This document shows, piece after piece, positions 23,803 through 35,623 of a stretch of DNA of 40,000 nucleotides. The notes under the pieces are model-generated. The model was not told where the DNA came from, searched no databases, and worked only from the letters and a program-made list of their open reading frames with translations. This stretch comes from Chitinophaga pinensis. GTDB lineage: Bacteria > Cyanobacteriota > Cyanobacteriia > PCC-6307 > Cyanobiaceae. The DNA is taken from assembly GCA_943371815.1 (NCBI GenBank), contig CALRWB020000003.1:68707-108706 (forward strand), written 5' to 3'. Each line of letters opens with the position of its first letter. The stretch's first letter is position 1. The position numbers and the translations under genes are program-made.

Positions 23803-23826
23803 CGGACTCCCGGGGAGTTCCCCGGG

Positions 23827-26379
23827 CTAGTCCATGTCGCAGCTGATCGTGATGGGGTAGCTCTCGGCCTGCCAGATGCGCTGGGCGTATTCCTTGATCG
23901 AGCGATCCGAGGAGAAAAAGCCGGTGCGGGCCGTATTGAGCAGCGACATCCGGTTCCAAAGGGGCCGATCCGCCCAGGCCTGATCCACGGCCCCCTGGGC
24001 CCGCAGGTAGTCGTTGAAATCGGCCAGCACAAAGAAGGGGTCGCTGCCGGTGAGATTTTGGAGCAGCGGCCTGAACAGATCGCCATCGCCGTTGCTGAAG
24101 TGGCCCTGCTCGATCAGCCGCAGGATTTCGGTGAGCTCCGGCATGCTGCCGATCAGCTCCCAGGGGCGGTAGCCCTCCTGGCCCAGCGCTGAGATTTCCT
24201 CTGCGGTTTTGCCAAACAGGAAGAAGTTTTCGGCCCCCACCTGCTCGCGGATTTCCACGTTGGCGCCATCGAGGGTGCCGATCGTGAGTGCCCCATTCAT
24301 GGCGAACTTCATGTTGCCGGTGCCAGAGGCTTCCTTGCCGGCGGTGGAGATCTGCTCGGAAAGGTCGGAGGCCGGGTACACCCGCTCGCCCAGCTTCACG
24401 TTGTAGTCGGCCAGGAAGATCACCCGCAGCCTGCCTTCCATATCCGGATCGGCGTTGACCGTTTCGGCGATGCCGTTGATGAAGCGAATAATCAGTTTCG
24501 CCATCGTGTAGCCCGGCGCCGCCTTGCCGCCGAAGATCACCGTGCGAGGGGCAGCGTTGGCCGCAGTGCCATTTTTGATCCGCACGTACTGGGCGATCAC
24601 CTGCAGGGCATTCAGGTGCTGGCGTTTGTATTCGTGGATGCGTTTCACCTGCACATCAAACAGGGAGCTGGGATCCACAGGCACGCCGCTGTGGCGGTGG
24701 ATGTAGTTGCTCAGATCGGTTTTAACCGCCAGTTTGGTGGCGCCCCAGCGCTCCAAAAAGGCGCTGTCGCCTGCGAAGCGCTCCAATTGCTTCAGCTGGT
24801 CGAGGTCCTTCACCCAGCCATCGCCGATCGTTTCGTTGAGTAGGGCCGAGAGCTGGGGGTTGGCCAGGGCCACCCAGCGCCTGGGCGTCACCCCATTGGT
24901 CACGTTGGTGAATTTCTCGGGCCAGAGCGCCGCAAATTCTGGGAACAGATCACTCTTCACCAGGTCGCTGTGCAGGGCCGCCACCCCATTGATGTGGTGG
25001 GAGGCCACCGTGGCCAAATTGGCCATGCGCACGGCCTTGGCGCCGTCTTCATCAATGATCGAGACCTTGGCCAGGAGGGCGTTGTTACCTGGATACTTCA
25101 GGCGCACCTGCTGCAGGAAGCGGCGGTTGATCTCGTAGATCAGCTCCAGATGCCTGGGCAGCAGCGAACCAAACAAGGGCAAGCCCCACTTCTCCAGGGC
25201 TTCGGGCAGCAGGGTGTGGTTGGTGTAGGCCAAGGACCTCGAGGTGATGCTCCAGGCCGCATCCCAATCCAGATGCTTGTCATCGATCAGCAGCCGCATC
25301 AACTCGGCCACGGCGATTGAGGGGTGGGTGTCGTTGAGCTGGACCGCCCAATGGTCGGGGAAGTCCGCAATGGGAATGCCGCGGGCATCGAGGCTGCGGA
25401 TCATGTCCTGGAGCGAGCAGCTCACAAAGAAATGCTGCTGCTTCAGCCGCAGCCGGCGGCCCTCATCGGTGCCGTCGTTGGGGTAGAGCACCTTGGAGAG
25501 GGTTTCCGAGCCCACCTTCTCTTCCACGGCGCCGTAGTAGTCGCCGATGTTGAAGGCATAGAAATCAAAGCTCTCGGTGGCATCGGCCCGCCACAGCCGC
25601 AGCCGGTCGCAGGTGTTCACCCGGTAGCCCAGCACCGGCACGTCGTGGGGGATGCCGATGGCGTGCTCAGCGGGGATCCAGCGCACCCGGTAGGTGCCGT
25701 CGTCGTCCTTGTAGCTCTCGGTGCGGCCGCCAAAGCCCACAAAGCAGGCCTGATCGGGATGGGGGATCTCCCAGGGCCAGCCGGATTTGAGCCATTTATC
25801 GGTGATCTCCACCTGCCAGCCATCGCGGATCAGCTGGTCGAAGATGCCGAATTCGTAGCGAATGCCATAGCCGGTGGCCGGGATCTCAAGCGAAGCCAGG
25901 GATTCCAGGAAGCAGGCCGCCAGCCGCCCCAGGCCGCCATTGCCCAGGCCTGGCTCCTCTTCCACATCGAGGATGTCGTTGATGTCGTTGATGCCAAAGC
26001 GGCGCAGGGCTTCTGCCGCTTCCTCCTGGATACCGAGCATCAGCAGGTTGTTGCCCAGTTGGGGCCCAATCAAAAATTCCGCCGACATGTACGCCACCAC
26101 CCGGGTGGGGGCAGCGCTGATTGCCTCAATGCCCGCCAGATAGCGGGTCATCAGCCGGTCGCGCACGGCGTAGCTGAGCGCCATGTAGAGGTCGTGGCGG
26201 CTGGCGGTGGGGGCGAGCTTGCCCAGGGTGTAGAAGAGGTGCTCGGTCATGCCGTCGAACACGTCTTCGGCCGTAAGGCCACTGCGGTCAGGGTCGGCAT
26301 AGCAGCCGGGGGTGGGCAGGCGCAGGTTGCTGGGTTTGTGTTCGCCCATTTGGGATTGGCCGATTGGTGTGGTGGTCAT
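23827..26379 (-). CDS. glgP: Glycogen/alpha-glucan phosphorylase
   Basis: About 850 aa with hallmark phosphorylase sequence (...[19 protein letters not shown]..., ...[25 protein letters not shown]...). ATG at 26379 overlaps the xfp stop (ATGA). Confidence 0.95.
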   Translation of the reverse strand: MTTTPIGQSQMGEHKPSNLRLPTPGCYADPDRSGLTAEDVFDGMTEHLFYTLGKLAPTASRHDLYMALSYAVRDRLMTRYLAGIEAISAAPTRVVAYMSAEFLIGPQLGNNLLMLGIQEEAAEALRRFGINDINDILDVEEEPGLGNGGLGRLAACFLESLASLEIPATGYGIRYEFGIFDQLIRDGWQVEITDKWLKSGWPWEIPHPDQACFVGFGGRTESYKDDDGTYRVRWIPAEHAIGIPHDVPVLGYRVNTCDRLRLWRADATESFDFYAFNIGDYYGAVEEKVGSETLSKVLYPNDGTDEGRRLRLKQQHFFVSCSLQDMIRSLDARGIPIADFPDHWAVQLNDTHPSIAVAELMRLLIDDKHLDWDAAWSITSRSLAYTNHTLLPEALEKWGLPLFGSLLPRHLELIYEINRRFLQQVRLKYPGNNALLAKVSIIDEDGAKAVRMANLATVASHHINGVAALHSDLVKSDLFPEFAALWPEKFTNVTNGVTPRRWVALANPQLSALLNETIGDGWVKDLDQLKQLERFAGDSAFLERWGATKLAVKTDLSNYIHRHSGVPVDPSSLFDVQVKRIHEYKRQHLNALQVIAQYVRIKNGTAANAAPRTVIFGGKAAPGYTMAKLIIRFINGIAETVNADPDMEGRLRVIFLADYNVKLGERVYPASDLSEQISTAGKEASGTGNMKFAMNGALTIGTLDGANVEIREQVGAENFFLFGKTAEEISALGQEGYRPWELIGSMPELTEILRLIEQGHFSNGDGDLFRPLLQNLTGSDPFFVLADFNDYLRAQGAVDQAWADRPLWNRMSLLNTARTGFFSSDRSIKEYAQRIWQAESYPITISCDMD

Positions 26380-28805
26380 GGGTTCGCTGCCTCCCAGCGC
26401 CAATTGGTGATCTCCGGGGCATCCATGCCATGGCGGTGGGCGTACTGGCGGTTGGCCAGGATCGCTTCCCGCATGCGCTCTTTCAGGTGGGCGGACCGGG
26501 AGCCCAGGCTGGGCACCCGATCAATCGCATCGATCACCAGGTTGAAGCGATCGATTTGGTTGTTCATCGCCAGCTCCAGGGGAGTGTTGATGTTGCCCCG
26601 TTCCTTGTAGCCGCGCACGTGAAAGTTGGCGTGGTTGGTGCGCCGGTAGGTAAGGCGATGAATTAACCACGGATAGCCATGGAAATTGAACAGAACCGGC
26701 CTGTTCGTGGTGAACAGCACATCAAAGTCGCGGTCGCTCAGGCCGTGGGGGTGCTCGCTCGGCTGGGTGAGGGCAAACAGTTTCACCACATTCAGCACCC
26801 GCACCCTGAGCTGGGGGATCTCCCGCCGCAGGATGGCCACCGCCGCCAGGGTTTCCTTGGTGGGCACATCTCCAGCGCAGGCCATCACCAGATCCGGTTC
26901 ATCGGCCTGCTCCCCGCCACAGGCCTTGGTGCCGCCGTCGTCGTTGGAAGCCCAATCCCATAGGCCGATCCCCTTGGCCACGTGGGCCCGGGCCTGCTCC
27001 AACTCAAGATATTGGAGGTGGGCTTGCTTATCGGACACGATGATGTTGCACACATCGGTTTCGGCCAGGGCCACCTCGGCCACCGCCAGCAGGCAGTTGG
27101 CATCGGCGGGCAGATACACCCGCACCACATCGCCGCTTTTGTTGCCGGCCAGGTCGATGAAGCCGGGGTCCTGGTGGGTGAAGCCGTTGTGGTCCTGGCG
27201 CCACACGGTGGAGGAGATCAGGCAGTTCCAGGCCCCAATTGGGGCGCGCCAGGGGGCGTGGCGCTGGCAGCTCTCCAGCCATTTGGCGTGCTGGTTGAAC
27301 ATCGAGGCGATCACATGGGCGAAGGCCTCGTAGGTGTGGAACAGCCCGTGGCGCCCGGTAAGCAGGTAGCCCTCGAGCATCCCCACCAGGGTGTGCTCGC
27401 TGAGCATTTCCACCACCCGCCCAAAGCGGGCCAGCTCGCTGCCGCCTGCCCCATCGACGCCCGCGTCTTCCGGCAGCAGCTCTTCCATCCACACCTTCTT
27501 ACTGCGTGCGTAGATCGCCTGCAGCCGGTTCGAGGCCGTTTCATCCGGGCCAAACACCCGCAACGAATCGGGGTTGAGGCCGATCGCATCGCGCAGCAGC
27601 TCCCCCAGGGGCGCGGTGTTTTCCGCCTCGATCAGCCCAGGCCCAGGGATTGCCACCCCATAGGTCTCGATCGGCGGCAGCTGCAGGGGGCGGCGCAGCA
27701 GGCCGCCATTGGCGTGGGGATTGGAGCCCATGCGCCGATCGCCCGTGGGCGAGAGCGCCTGCAGCTCGGCGATGAGGCTGCCGTTGGCATCAAACAGCTC
27801 CTCGGGCCGGTAGCTCCTCAGCCAGGCCTCGAGCATGGCCAGCTGCTCGGGGTCGTGCTTGGGGTTGGGCAGGGGCACCTGGTGGCTGCGCCAGAAGCCC
27901 TCGAGCTTGAGGCCGTGCAGCTCCTTGGGGCCCGTCCAGCCCTTGGGGGAGCGCAGCACCAGCATGGGCCACGCGGGCCTGGTGATGTCCTGGCCGCTGG
28001 CGCGCTGTTCTAGGGCCGTGCGGCGGATTGCCTGGATGCGCTGGACGGCGGTGTCCATGGCAGCGGCCATGGCGGCGTGCATCCCCATGGGTTCGGAGCC
28101 CTCCACAAACAAGGGTTGCCAGCCGTAGCCCACCAGCAGGCTCTCCAGCTCAGCTTTGGGCAGCCGGGCCAGCAGGGTGGGGTTGGCGATCTTGTAGCCG
28201 TTGAGGTGCAGCACCGGCAGCACGGCCCCATCGCTGGCGGGATTGAGGAACTTGTTGATGTGCCATGAGGTGGCCAGGGGCCCGGTTTCCGCTTCGCCAT
28301 CGCCCACACAGGCCAGGGCAATTAGCTCCGGGTTGTCGAACACCGCCCCGCAGGCATGGGAGAGCACGTAGCCGAGCTCGCCCCCCTCGTGGATTGAGCC
28401 GGGGGTTTCCGGGGTGCAGTGGGAGCCGATGTGGCCGGGGAAGGAAAACTGCTTGAAAAACCGCCCCAGGCCAGCGGCATCTTGGGATTTGTCCGGATAA
28501 ACGGCGCTGTAGGAGCCATCCAGATAGGTGGGCCCCAGCACCCCTGGCGCCCCGTGGCCGGGCCCTGAGAGGTAGATCATCTCGAGCTGGTGCTCGCGGA
28601 TCACCCGGTTGGCGTGGGCCCAGATGAAGGCCTGGCCCGGGCTGGATCCCCAGTGCCCCAGCAACCGGTTTTTGATGTGCTCGGGCCGCAGCGGTTCGGC
28701 CAGCAGGGGGTTGTCCTGCAGGTAGATCATCCCCACCGCCAGGTAGTTGGCAGCCCGCCACCAGGCATCCAGTGCCGCCAGATCGCACTCCTGATGCGCT
28801 GCCAT
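26376..28805 (-). CDS. xfp: Xylulose-5-phosphate/fructose-6-phosphate phosphoketolase
   Basis: 809 aa. Motifs: [44 protein letters not shown], typical XFP length. Confidence 0.95.
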   Translation of the reverse strand: MAAHQECDLAALDAWWRAANYLAVGMIYLQDNPLLAEPLRPEHIKNRLLGHWGSSPGQAFIWAHANRVIREHQLEMIYLSGPGHGAPGVLGPTYLDGSYSAVYPDKSQDAAGLGRFFKQFSFPGHIGSHCTPETPGSIHEGGELGYVLSHACGAVFDNPELIALACVGDGEAETGPLATSWHINKFLNPASDGAVLPVLHLNGYKIANPTLLARLPKAELESLLVGYGWQPLFVEGSEPMGMHAAMAAAMDTAVQRIQAIRRTALEQRASGQDITRPAWPMLVLRSPKGWTGPKELHGLKLEGFWRSHQVPLPNPKHDPEQLAMLEAWLRSYRPEELFDANGSLIAELQALSPTGDRRMGSNPHANGGLLRRPLQLPPIETYGVAIPGPGLIEAENTAPLGELLRDAIGLNPDSLRVFGPDETASNRLQAIYARSKKVWMEELLPEDAGVDGAGGSELARFGRVVEMLSEHTLVGMLEGYLLTGRHGLFHTYEAFAHVIASMFNQHAKWLESCQRHAPWRAPIGAWNCLISSTVWRQDHNGFTHQDPGFIDLAGNKSGDVVRVYLPADANCLLAVAEVALAETDVCNIIVSDKQAHLQYLELEQARAHVAKGIGLWDWASNDDGGTKACGGEQADEPDLVMACAGDVPTKETLAAVAILRREIPQLRVRVLNVVKLFALTQPSEHPHGLSDRDFDVLFTTNRPVLFNFHGYPWLIHRLTYRRTNHANFHVRGYKERGNINTPLELAMNNQIDRFNLVIDAIDRVPSLGSRSAHLKERMREAILANRQYAHRHGMDAPEITNWRWEAANP

Positions 28806-28888
28806 GCCGTCCTTTGGGCCCTTTAAGACGAGCCTAGCGACGGTTTTTAGGGCGCTCGTTTTAGGGTCACGAGCTCCACAGAAGGGCC

Positions 28889-30229
28889 ATGGCCGTGCCG
28901 GCGTTGTTGCTTGAGGTGGGCGGTAGCCACGGGGTGGAGGTGGCCGAAACCCTGATCGCTACCGCCGAGTTTTTGGTGATCTTCGTGGCCGCCCGGGCGA
29001 TGGCGGAGCTGATGGTGCGGATCCAATTGCCCACGATCCTGGGGGAATTGGTGGCCGGGGTGCTGATCGGTGTTTCAGGCCTGCACTTAATTGTGCCCCC
29101 CGAAACCCATGCCCAACTCAACTCCGCGGCCCTTGGCCTGTTGGCCTCCCTGGCCGATGTGGGTCCATCCCAGGTGCAGGAGATCTACCTCGAGGGTTTC
29201 TCGAGCCTCCAGGCCGTCTCCCAGATCGGTCTGTTTGCCCTGCTGTTCCTCACGGGCCTGGAGAGCGAACTCGATGAGCTGGTGGCTGTGGGCCTGCAGG
29301 CCACCACGGTGGCCTTGACCGGGGTGGTGTTGCCCTTTGCCCTGGGCACCTTTGGGCTCTTTTACCTGTTCGGTGTGCCGCTGATTCCGGCGATCTTTGC
29401 CGGGGCCTCCATGACGGCCACCAGCATTGGGATCACCGCCAGTGTGTTTGGCGAGCTGAAGTTTTTAAAAACCAAAGAAGGCCAAACCGTGATTGGCGCG
29501 GCCGTCCTCGACGACATCCTTGGCATCGTGATCCTGGCCGTGGTGGTGGCCTTGGCCGGCGGTGCCGGCTTCAGTGTTGGACCGATTGTCAAATTGGTCA
29601 CTGCCGCCGCTGCCTTTGTGGTGGTGTCGTTGGTGTTGAGCCGTACGGCGGCACCGCTGTTTGATTGGCTGCTGGATCGGCTCAAGGCCCCGGGTGAAGT
29701 GGTGGTGGCGTCGTTTGTGGTGCTTTCGCTCTGCTGCTTTACGGCCCAGGCCATTGGCCTGGAGGCGGCCCTGGGAGCCTTTGCGGCGGGCCTGATCCTG
29801 AGTAGCTCCAAGCACACCCATGCCATCCAGGCCGCGGTGAAGCCCCTGGTGGCCCTTTTCGCCACGATCTTCTTTGTGTTGATTGGCACCGGCATGGATC
29901 TCTCGGTGCTCAATCCCATGCAGCCCGAAAACCGCGAGGGCCTGATCGTGGCCGCCTTCCTGCTCGCGGTGGCCATCGCGGGCAAGGTGGCCTCGGGCTG
30001 GAGCTACGTCAGCGCTGAGAAAACCAACCGCCTGGTGGTGGGTTTGGGGATGCTGCCCCGGGGCGAGGTGGGTTTGATTTTCCTGGGTCTCGGCACCCAG
30101 GCCGGCCTGCTCACCCCGCCCTTGGAGGCGGCGATTTTGCTGATGGTGATTGGCACCACCTTCCTGGCGCCGATCCTGCTCAGACTGGTCCTCTCCAAGC
30201 AAGCCGCCGGTGCCGAACAGGCCGCCTAA
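28889..30229 (+). CDS. Cation:proton antiporter (Na+/H+ exchanger family)
   Basis: 446-aa polytopic membrane protein. [15 protein letters not shown]..., ...GLESELDEL..., ...[11 protein letters not shown]... are typical of CPA-type exchangers. Confidence 0.85.
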   Translation: MAVPALLLEVGGSHGVEVAETLIATAEFLVIFVAARAMAELMVRIQLPTILGELVAGVLIGVSGLHLIVPPETHAQLNSAALGLLASLADVGPSQVQEIYLEGFSSLQAVSQIGLFALLFLTGLESELDELVAVGLQATTVALTGVVLPFALGTFGLFYLFGVPLIPAIFAGASMTATSIGITASVFGELKFLKTKEGQTVIGAAVLDDILGIVILAVVVALAGGAGFSVGPIVKLVTAAAAFVVVSLVLSRTAAPLFDWLLDRLKAPGEVVVASFVVLSLCCFTAQAIGLEAALGAFAAGLILSSSKHTHAIQAAVKPLVALFATIFFVLIGTGMDLSVLNPMQPENREGLIVAAFLLAVAIAGKVASGWSYVSAEKTNRLVVGLGMLPRGEVGLIFLGLGTQAGLLTPPLEAAILLMVIGTTFLAPILLRLVLSKQAAGAEQAA

Positions 30230-30263
30230 GCCCAGTCCCCGCTTTGATCCCAGCCGCTGGGGC

Positions 30264-30767
30264 TTGAGCTGGGGGGGATGGTTCGACAACCGCCATGGCG
30301 AATGGTGGCTGCTGGTCCAATTGGCCCTGATCGCCGCCCACCTGCTGCCGGCCTATCCGGCCCCCGGGGCCTGGGGCTATGCCTGGCCCCTGCCAGTGGC
30401 CCTGGCGGGGGTGATCCTGTTTGGCATCGGTCTGTTGCTGGCGATCCAGGCCTTTTGGCGGCTGGGGCCCAGCCTCACTCCCCTGCCCGATCCGATGCCG
30501 GGGGCGGCCCTGGTGACCCAGGGGGCCTATGGCCGCTGCCGCCATCCTCTCTATCAGGCGGTTCTCATCTGCTCTCTCGGGGTCACCCTGGCCCTGGGCA
30601 GCCTGTTGCACCTGGCGTTGCTGGTTGCCCTTTGCGCCCTGTTGGGGGGTAAGGCCCGGCGGGAGGAACGCCAGTTGGTGCTGGTGCATCCGGAGTACGG
30701 CGCCTACCGGCTGGCCACCCCCGCGATTATTCCTGGTCTTCCCTGGCTCGACTGGCGAGGGCCGTAA
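30264..30767 (+). CDS. Isoprenylcysteine carboxyl methyltransferase-family membrane protein (start uncertain, TTG)
   Basis: Membrane protein with GAYGRCRHPLYQAVL (the GxYxxxRHPxY motif of the ICMT/PEMT family). No in-frame ATG after the antiporter stop. Confidence 0.7.
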   Translation: MSWGGWFDNRHGEWWLLVQLALIAAHLLPAYPAPGAWGYAWPLPVALAGVILFGIGLLLAIQAFWRLGPSLTPLPDPMPGAALVTQGAYGRCRHPLYQAVLICSLGVTLALGSLLHLALLVALCALLGGKARREERQLVLVHPEYGAYRLATPAIIPGLPWLDWRGP

Positions 30768-31041
30768 ACAGCCCCCAGCCCGCGGCAATCAAGCCCATGC
30801 TGCTGGCCCAACTCGGTCCCAGGGCCCAGCTCAAGCCCAGGTCCACCACCACCCCCACGGCCAGGGCGAGCAGCAGGCTGGTGGCAGCAAGGAGGAGTTG
30901 TTGGGCGGCTTCGGGCAGGCTTCCGGCAGCGAGCACCGCTTCGAAGCGGGCCAGGGGCAGGCTCAGGGGCAAATACAGGGCCAGGGCCCACAGGCCCATG
31001 CCTGGCAGGAAGGGCAGCCAATCGGGGGAGGGAAGGGCCAA
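30727..31041 (-). CDS. Possible small membrane protein
   Basis: 104-aa hydrophobic ORF convergent with, and slightly overlapping, the methyltransferase gene. Weak support. Confidence 0.35.
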   Translation of the reverse strand: MALPSPDWLPFLPGMGLWALALYLPLSLPLARFEAVLAAGSLPEAAQQLLLAATSLLLALAVGVVVDLGLSWALGPSWASSMGLIAAGWGLFTALASRAREDQE

Positions 31042-31109
31042 GGGAGCGCCTGAGCCAGGGGCTCACAAGATCTGCCTAGCATCGCCTCCAGCGCTGTTGT
31101 TGGCGGGGA

Positions 31110-32132
31110 TTGTTCGTGGTGGCGTCAGTGGGCGGTGGTTCCAGGCTGGGTTCGACAGGTGGTGCGGGCGACTTGGGGTCTAAAAGCTGGAGCTATCTGG
31201 GTCATCCCGTGCACAGCCTGAGCCGGGCCCCCCAAGAGCCTGTGGGGCCGGCGATTTTGCTGGTGCATGGCTTTGGCGCCTCCACCGACCACTTCCGCCA
31301 CAACATCCCCGTCCTCTCTGAGCACCACGAGGTGCATGCCATTGATTTGCTGGGCTTTGGCCGCAGCGCCAAGCCGGCGGAGCTCGCCTACGGAGGTGCC
31401 CTCTGGGCTGGCCAACTCTGCGCCTATGTGGCTGAACGCATTGGCCGCCCCACGGTGCTGGTGGGCAATTCCCTCGGCGGTTTTGCAGCCCTGGCAGCCG
31501 GTGCGGCCCTGGGCGATCAGGCGGCCGGGGTGGTGCTGCTGAATGCGGCTGGGCCCTTCAGCGATGAGCAGGCCCCCCCCAAAGGCTGGGGCAAGATTGC
31601 CCGCCAGACCATCGGCGGCGCCCTGTTCAAAAGCCCCGTACTGCAGCGGATCCTGTTTGAAAACCTGCGCCGGCCGGCCACCATTCGCCGCACCCTCAAC
31701 CAGGTCTACATCGACAAAACCAACGTAGATGAGGCCCTGGTGGAGGCGATCCGCCTGCCATCGCTGGATCCCGGTGCTTTTGGGGTGTTCCGCACCGTGT
31801 TCGATATCCCCAAGGGCCAGCCCCTCGATGAGCTGTTTGCCCAGCTCACCTGCCCATTGCTGCTGCTCTGGGGCATCCGCGATCCCTGGATCAATGCGGC
31901 CGGCCGGCGTGGCGCCTTCCAGCGCCATGCGCCAGCCAACACCACCGAAGTGGTGCTCGAGGCGGGCCACTGCCCCCACGATGAGGTCCCAGAACAGGTG
32001 AACCGGGCACTGTTGGAGTGGCTGGCTGCTCTGGCTACGGTTGAGCCCAGCCCAGAGTTCAATCCCCAGCCCTCTTCTAAGCAGCCCTCCTCCGATGACC
32101 CCCAGCTCCCCGTCCCTGCAGCAGCGCTCTGA
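31110..32132 (+). CDS. Alpha/beta-fold hydrolase
   Basis: ILLVHGFGASTDHFRHNIP...DLLGFGRSAKP...VLVGNSLGG (nucleophile elbow GxSxG)...GHCPHDEVPE. Start codon uncertain. Confidence 0.8.
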   Translation: MFVVASVGGGSRLGSTGGAGDLGSKSWSYLGHPVHSLSRAPQEPVGPAILLVHGFGASTDHFRHNIPVLSEHHEVHAIDLLGFGRSAKPAELAYGGALWAGQLCAYVAERIGRPTVLVGNSLGGFAALAAGAALGDQAAGVVLLNAAGPFSDEQAPPKGWGKIARQTIGGALFKSPVLQRILFENLRRPATIRRTLNQVYIDKTNVDEALVEAIRLPSLDPGAFGVFRTVFDIPKGQPLDELFAQLTCPLLLLWGIRDPWINAAGRRGAFQRHAPANTTEVVLEAGHCPHDEVPEQVNRALLEWLAALATVEPSPEFNPQPSSKQPSSDDPQLPVPAAAL

Positions 32133-32970
32133 GCCCTACCCCCACTGGTCGTTCACCACGGCCACTGGCGATGAGCTGCGGATCGTGCCCGAGCGGGGCG
32201 GCCTGGTCACGGGTTGGCGCAGTGGCGGCCAGGAGTGGCTCTACTTCGATGCCGAGCGCTATGCCGACCCCACCAAATCGATCCGCGGGGGCATCCCGGT
32301 GCTGTTCCCGATCTGCGGCGGCCTCGCCGGCAGCCCCTTGCCCCAGCACGGCTTTGCCAGGGATCTGCCCTGGCAGCTCGAGGCACTCGCCGCTGCTGAT
32401 GGAGCTTCTGCGGGGCCTGGCGTGCGCTTGCGGCTTGTGGACACCGACGCCACCCGGGCGGTGTTTCCCCATGCCTTCACCCTGGAGCTGGATTACCGCC
32501 TGACGCCCGGCTGCCTGGCGATCACGGCCCGCGTCAGCAATACCTCTGCGGCCGCCAGCCCTGCTTTGCCCTTCAGCCTGGGGCTCCATCCCTACTTTGC
32601 GGTGCAGGATCTGGCAGTCGTTCGCCTGGAAGGCCTGCCAGAGCGCTGCTTCGACCACATCCCCATGGCGGAGGCGGCCACCGCCGGCCAGCTGGAGCGG
32701 TTGACCTCGGGCGTGGATTTCCTGGCCCACCCCAGCGGTGCCGTGCGCTTGCTGGATGCCGCCGCTCCTTCAGGGGGCCGTTGGATTGCGATGGAAACCC
32801 AGGCGCCCTTGGATCTGGCCGTGGTTTGGACAGAACCTCCCCGCCCGATGGTGTGCCTCGAGCCCTGGACAGCACCGCGGGGTGCCATGGCCAGCGGCGA
32901 TCGGCTGCTGCAGGTGCCACCCGGCGAGACCCTGGAGCTCGCCTGCACCTACAGGGCTGGCGTGGGTTGA
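32095..32970 (+). CDS. Aldose 1-epimerase-family protein (hexose-6-phosphate mutarotase-like)
   Basis: IRGGIPVLFPICGG...PQHGFARDLPWQL...GLHPYF...LEPWTAP are typical family motifs. ATG at 32095. Confidence 0.8.
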   Translation: MTPSSPSLQQRSEPYPHWSFTTATGDELRIVPERGGLVTGWRSGGQEWLYFDAERYADPTKSIRGGIPVLFPICGGLAGSPLPQHGFARDLPWQLEALAAADGASAGPGVRLRLVDTDATRAVFPHAFTLELDYRLTPGCLAITARVSNTSAAASPALPFSLGLHPYFAVQDLAVVRLEGLPERCFDHIPMAEAATAGQLERLTSGVDFLAHPSGAVRLLDAAAPSGGRWIAMETQAPLDLAVVWTEPPRPMVCLEPWTAPRGAMASGDRLLQVPPGETLELACTYRAGVG

Positions 32971-34157
32971 ACCCCCGGTAGGCGGCCGCGGGCCAGCTGC
33001 TGTTTGGGATCGAATTGGCGTTTGATTGCCTCCACCATGGGCCTGGACGGGGCATCCAGCCAGGCCGGCAGCTCGCTTGTGGCCGGTTGTTTGAGCACGG
33101 TGAGGTAGCCACCCAGCTGGTGGCAGAGCCGCCTAAGGGCTTCGGCCTTGTAGCTGGGCAGATCCGCCGCATCCGCCCAGGCGTAACCCAAGCCACTGCC
33201 GGCGCTGATCACCGCGCCCAGGGCTTGCAGGTTGGGCTGGCTGAGTTCCCGGACCAGTTCGGCGCAACCGCTGGGTTTCACCCCCAAGCGCAGCAGCCAG
33301 GCTGGGTTGGTTGGGCTGCCGGGGCTGTCCTGGTTGGTGTTGCTGTCGCTTGGTGCTGGTCCGCGGCCCTGGGCTTCGCGGGCTTCGAGGGCATCCCGAT
33401 CGAGAGCTTCGGCCCCGAGGCCATAGTCGGCCGCCTTCGCCTGGAGGCAGCTGATTTGCTCGGCCAGGGTGGGGCTGCTGATGCTGGCCAGGCTGATCAG
33501 CAGGCCCCAAAAGCCATTCCCCTGCCGCTGCCAATCCACCCGCTCCGGGCTCAGGCTCGATGCCAGCAGCCACTGGCTCAGGGTTGTGAGCCCCTCGAGC
33601 TCACCTTTGATCCACAGGCCCCGGCGCTCGGGCGGGATGGGCAGGGTGCGCAGGTTGAGCTCGGTGATCAGGGCCAGGGAGCCCCAGCTGCCGGCCAACA
33701 GACGCATCAGGTCGTAGCCGGCCACATTTTTCACCACCTGGCCGCCGGCCTTGGCGGCGGTGCCATCGGCCCGAAGCAGGCCGATGCCAATCACCTGATC
33801 GCGCACGCCCAGGTAGCGCTGCCGGAAGCCCCCGGCCAGCCCCCGCGCCACCAGGCCGCCGATGCTGCCCTGGCTGGGTTGGCCCCAGGGGGCATCCACC
33901 GCCAACCACTGCCTGTGGTGGGCTAGGGCTTCTTGAAGCTCTACCAGTGGTGTGCCGGCCTGCACTCGCACGGTGAAATCGCCGGGGCTGTGCTCGAGGA
34001 TTTGGTTCAGCTTTTGGCAGCTCACCACCGAGCTGGCTGGGCTCACCTTTGGCCCCCAATCCAGGCGGCTGGCCAATCCGGCGGGTAGCCAGGGGGAGGC
34101 CTGCTGGTGCAGCGTGCGCACCAGCTCCTGTAGCTCGCTGGGCTCAGGGGTCATCAC
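32949..34157 (-). CDS. glcE: Glycolate oxidase/dehydrogenase FAD-binding subunit
   Basis: FAD-binding PCMH-type sequence: VRVQAGTPLVELQEAL...GSIGGLVARGLAGGFRQRYLGVRDQVIGIGLLRADGT...KNVAGYDLMRLLAGSWGSL. Confidence 0.8.
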   Translation of the reverse strand: MMTPEPSELQELVRTLHQQASPWLPAGLASRLDWGPKVSPASSVVSCQKLNQILEHSPGDFTVRVQAGTPLVELQEALAHHRQWLAVDAPWGQPSQGSIGGLVARGLAGGFRQRYLGVRDQVIGIGLLRADGTAAKAGGQVVKNVAGYDLMRLLAGSWGSLALITELNLRTLPIPPERRGLWIKGELEGLTTLSQWLLASSLSPERVDWQRQGNGFWGLLISLASISSPTLAEQISCLQAKAADYGLGAEALDRDALEAREAQGRGPAPSDSNTNQDSPGSPTNPAWLLRLGVKPSGCAELVRELSQPNLQALGAVISAGSGLGYAWADAADLPSYKAEALRRLCHQLGGYLTVLKQPATSELPAWLDAPSRPMVEAIKRQFDPKQQLARGRLPGVQPTPAL

Positions 34158-34171
34158 GGCACGATGGTGCC

Positions 34172-35623
34172 ATGGCCGGTCGCTTCAAGATCGTCGTCCT
34201 CGATGACGACCCCACCGGATCCCAGACGGTGCACAGCTGTTCCCTGCTGCTGCAATGGGATCGGGCCACCCTGCTCGAGGGTTTGTCCCGCCCCTCGCCC
34301 TTGCTGTTTGTGCTCGCCAACACCCGGGCGTTGGCCCCCGAGGCGGCGGCGGCCCGGGTTCAGGAGATCGCCCGGGCCCTGAAGGGGGCCATGGCCGAGC
34401 TGGATGCTGGCGCCGGCCCTGATGCTCCAGGGATCGACCACTGGTTGGTCGTGAGCCGCGGCGATTCCACCCTGCGGGGCCATTTCCCCGTGGAAGTGGA
34501 TGGGCTCGAGGCCGAGCTCGGCCCTTTTGATGCCACGTTTTTGGTGCCGGCCTTTTTGCAGGGCGGCCGCACCACGGTGGCGGGGGTGCATCTGCTGCAT
34601 GGGGAGCCTGTTCACACCAGCGCCTTTGGCCGCGATGGCCTGTTTGGCTACGGCACCAGCTTTTTGCCCGATTGGGTGGCCGAAAAAACGGCGGGCCGGA
34701 TCCCCGCAGATCAGGTGGAGCTGGTGGGGCTCGAGGAGTTGGAGGGATCTCTTGATGCTGGGCCCCAGCAGGGAGGTTTCGACCAGGGCAGTTTTCAGGA
34801 CCTTCTGGGGCGCCTAGCCGGGCTGGAGGGCAATCGCTGCGTGGCCGTGGATGCGGAGCGGCCGCAGCAGCTTGGGTTCCTGGCTGCTGCGCTGCGGGAG
34901 CTCACGGCGCCATCGGCCGCCGAACGCTGGGGCCGGCCGCGGCGGTTCCTCTCCCAATCGGCTGCCAGTTGGATTGAGGCCTTGGCCCACTTGCCGCCCC
35001 AACCGCTCACTCCAGCGGGCCTGGCCCAGCTCCGGCGGGTGGATGGGGGCGGTGCGCCCCTTCCGGGGTTGGTGTTGGTGGGATCCCATGTGCCGTTGGC
35101 CGATGCCCAGCTCGAGGTGCTCCTGGCGGAACCCGGATGCGGCGGGGTGGAGATTGCCGTGGCCAAGCTGGCCCGGGTACTGGAGGGGCCCGTTCCCCTG
35201 GACATGCTGGCCTCCATGGAGCAGGCCTGGCTGGAGCAGTTGCAGGCTGTGTTGGTGGTCGGCAAAACGCCCGTGCTCTTCACCAGCCGGGGTGAGTTGC
35301 CATGCCGATCGGCCGCGGAGCGGCGGCGCCTCGGTTTGGAGCTGGCGGCGTTGATGGCCCGGCTGGCGGCGGCCCTGGCCCCCCAAGCGGGCTATCTGAT
35401 CAGCAAGGGAGGCATCACCTCCCACACCCTGCTCGCTGATGGCCTGGGCCTGGCGCGGGTGGAGCTCCAGGGCCAGCTGCTGCCGGGTCTGTCGCTGGTG
35501 CTGACCCCTAGCGATGGGGTGGTGGCTGGCTTGCCCGTGCTCACCTTCCCCGGCAACCTCGGCGACCCCGAAACCCTTAGGGTCGCTTGGGGGTGGATGG
35601 AGGGGAGGGAGCTACGCCCCTAA
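34172..35623 (+). CDS. Four-carbon acid sugar kinase-family protein (DUF1537)
   Basis: N-terminal FKIVVLDDDPTGSQTVH is the signature of this family. About 480 aa. Confidence 0.8.
   Translation: MAGRFKIVVLDDDPTGSQTVHSCSLLLQWDRATLLEGLSRPSPLLFVLANTRALAPEAAAARVQEIARALKGAMAELDAGAGPDAPGIDHWLVVSRGDSTLRGHFPVEVDGLEAELGPFDATFLVPAFLQGGRTTVAGVHLLHGEPVHTSAFGRDGLFGYGTSFLPDWVAEKTAGRIPADQVELVGLEELEGSLDAGPQQGGFDQGSFQDLLGRLAGLEGNRCVAVDAERPQQLGFLAAALRELTAPSAAERWGRPRRFLSQSAASWIEALAHLPPQPLTPAGLAQLRRVDGGGAPLPGLVLVGSHVPLADAQLEVLLAEPGCGGVEIAVAKLARVLEGPVPLDMLASMEQAWLEQLQAVLVVGKTPVLFTSRGELPCRSAAERRRLGLELAALMARLAAALAPQAGYLISKGGITSHTLLADGLGLARVELQGQLLPGLSLVLTPSDGVVAGLPVLTFPGNLGDPETLRVAWGWMEGRELRP

Noticed and set aside
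28820-28870. Duplicated TTTTAGGG in the xfp/antiporter divergent intergenic region as a regulator site
   Set aside because: There are only two short copies and no palindromic structure or other support. Noted but not called.
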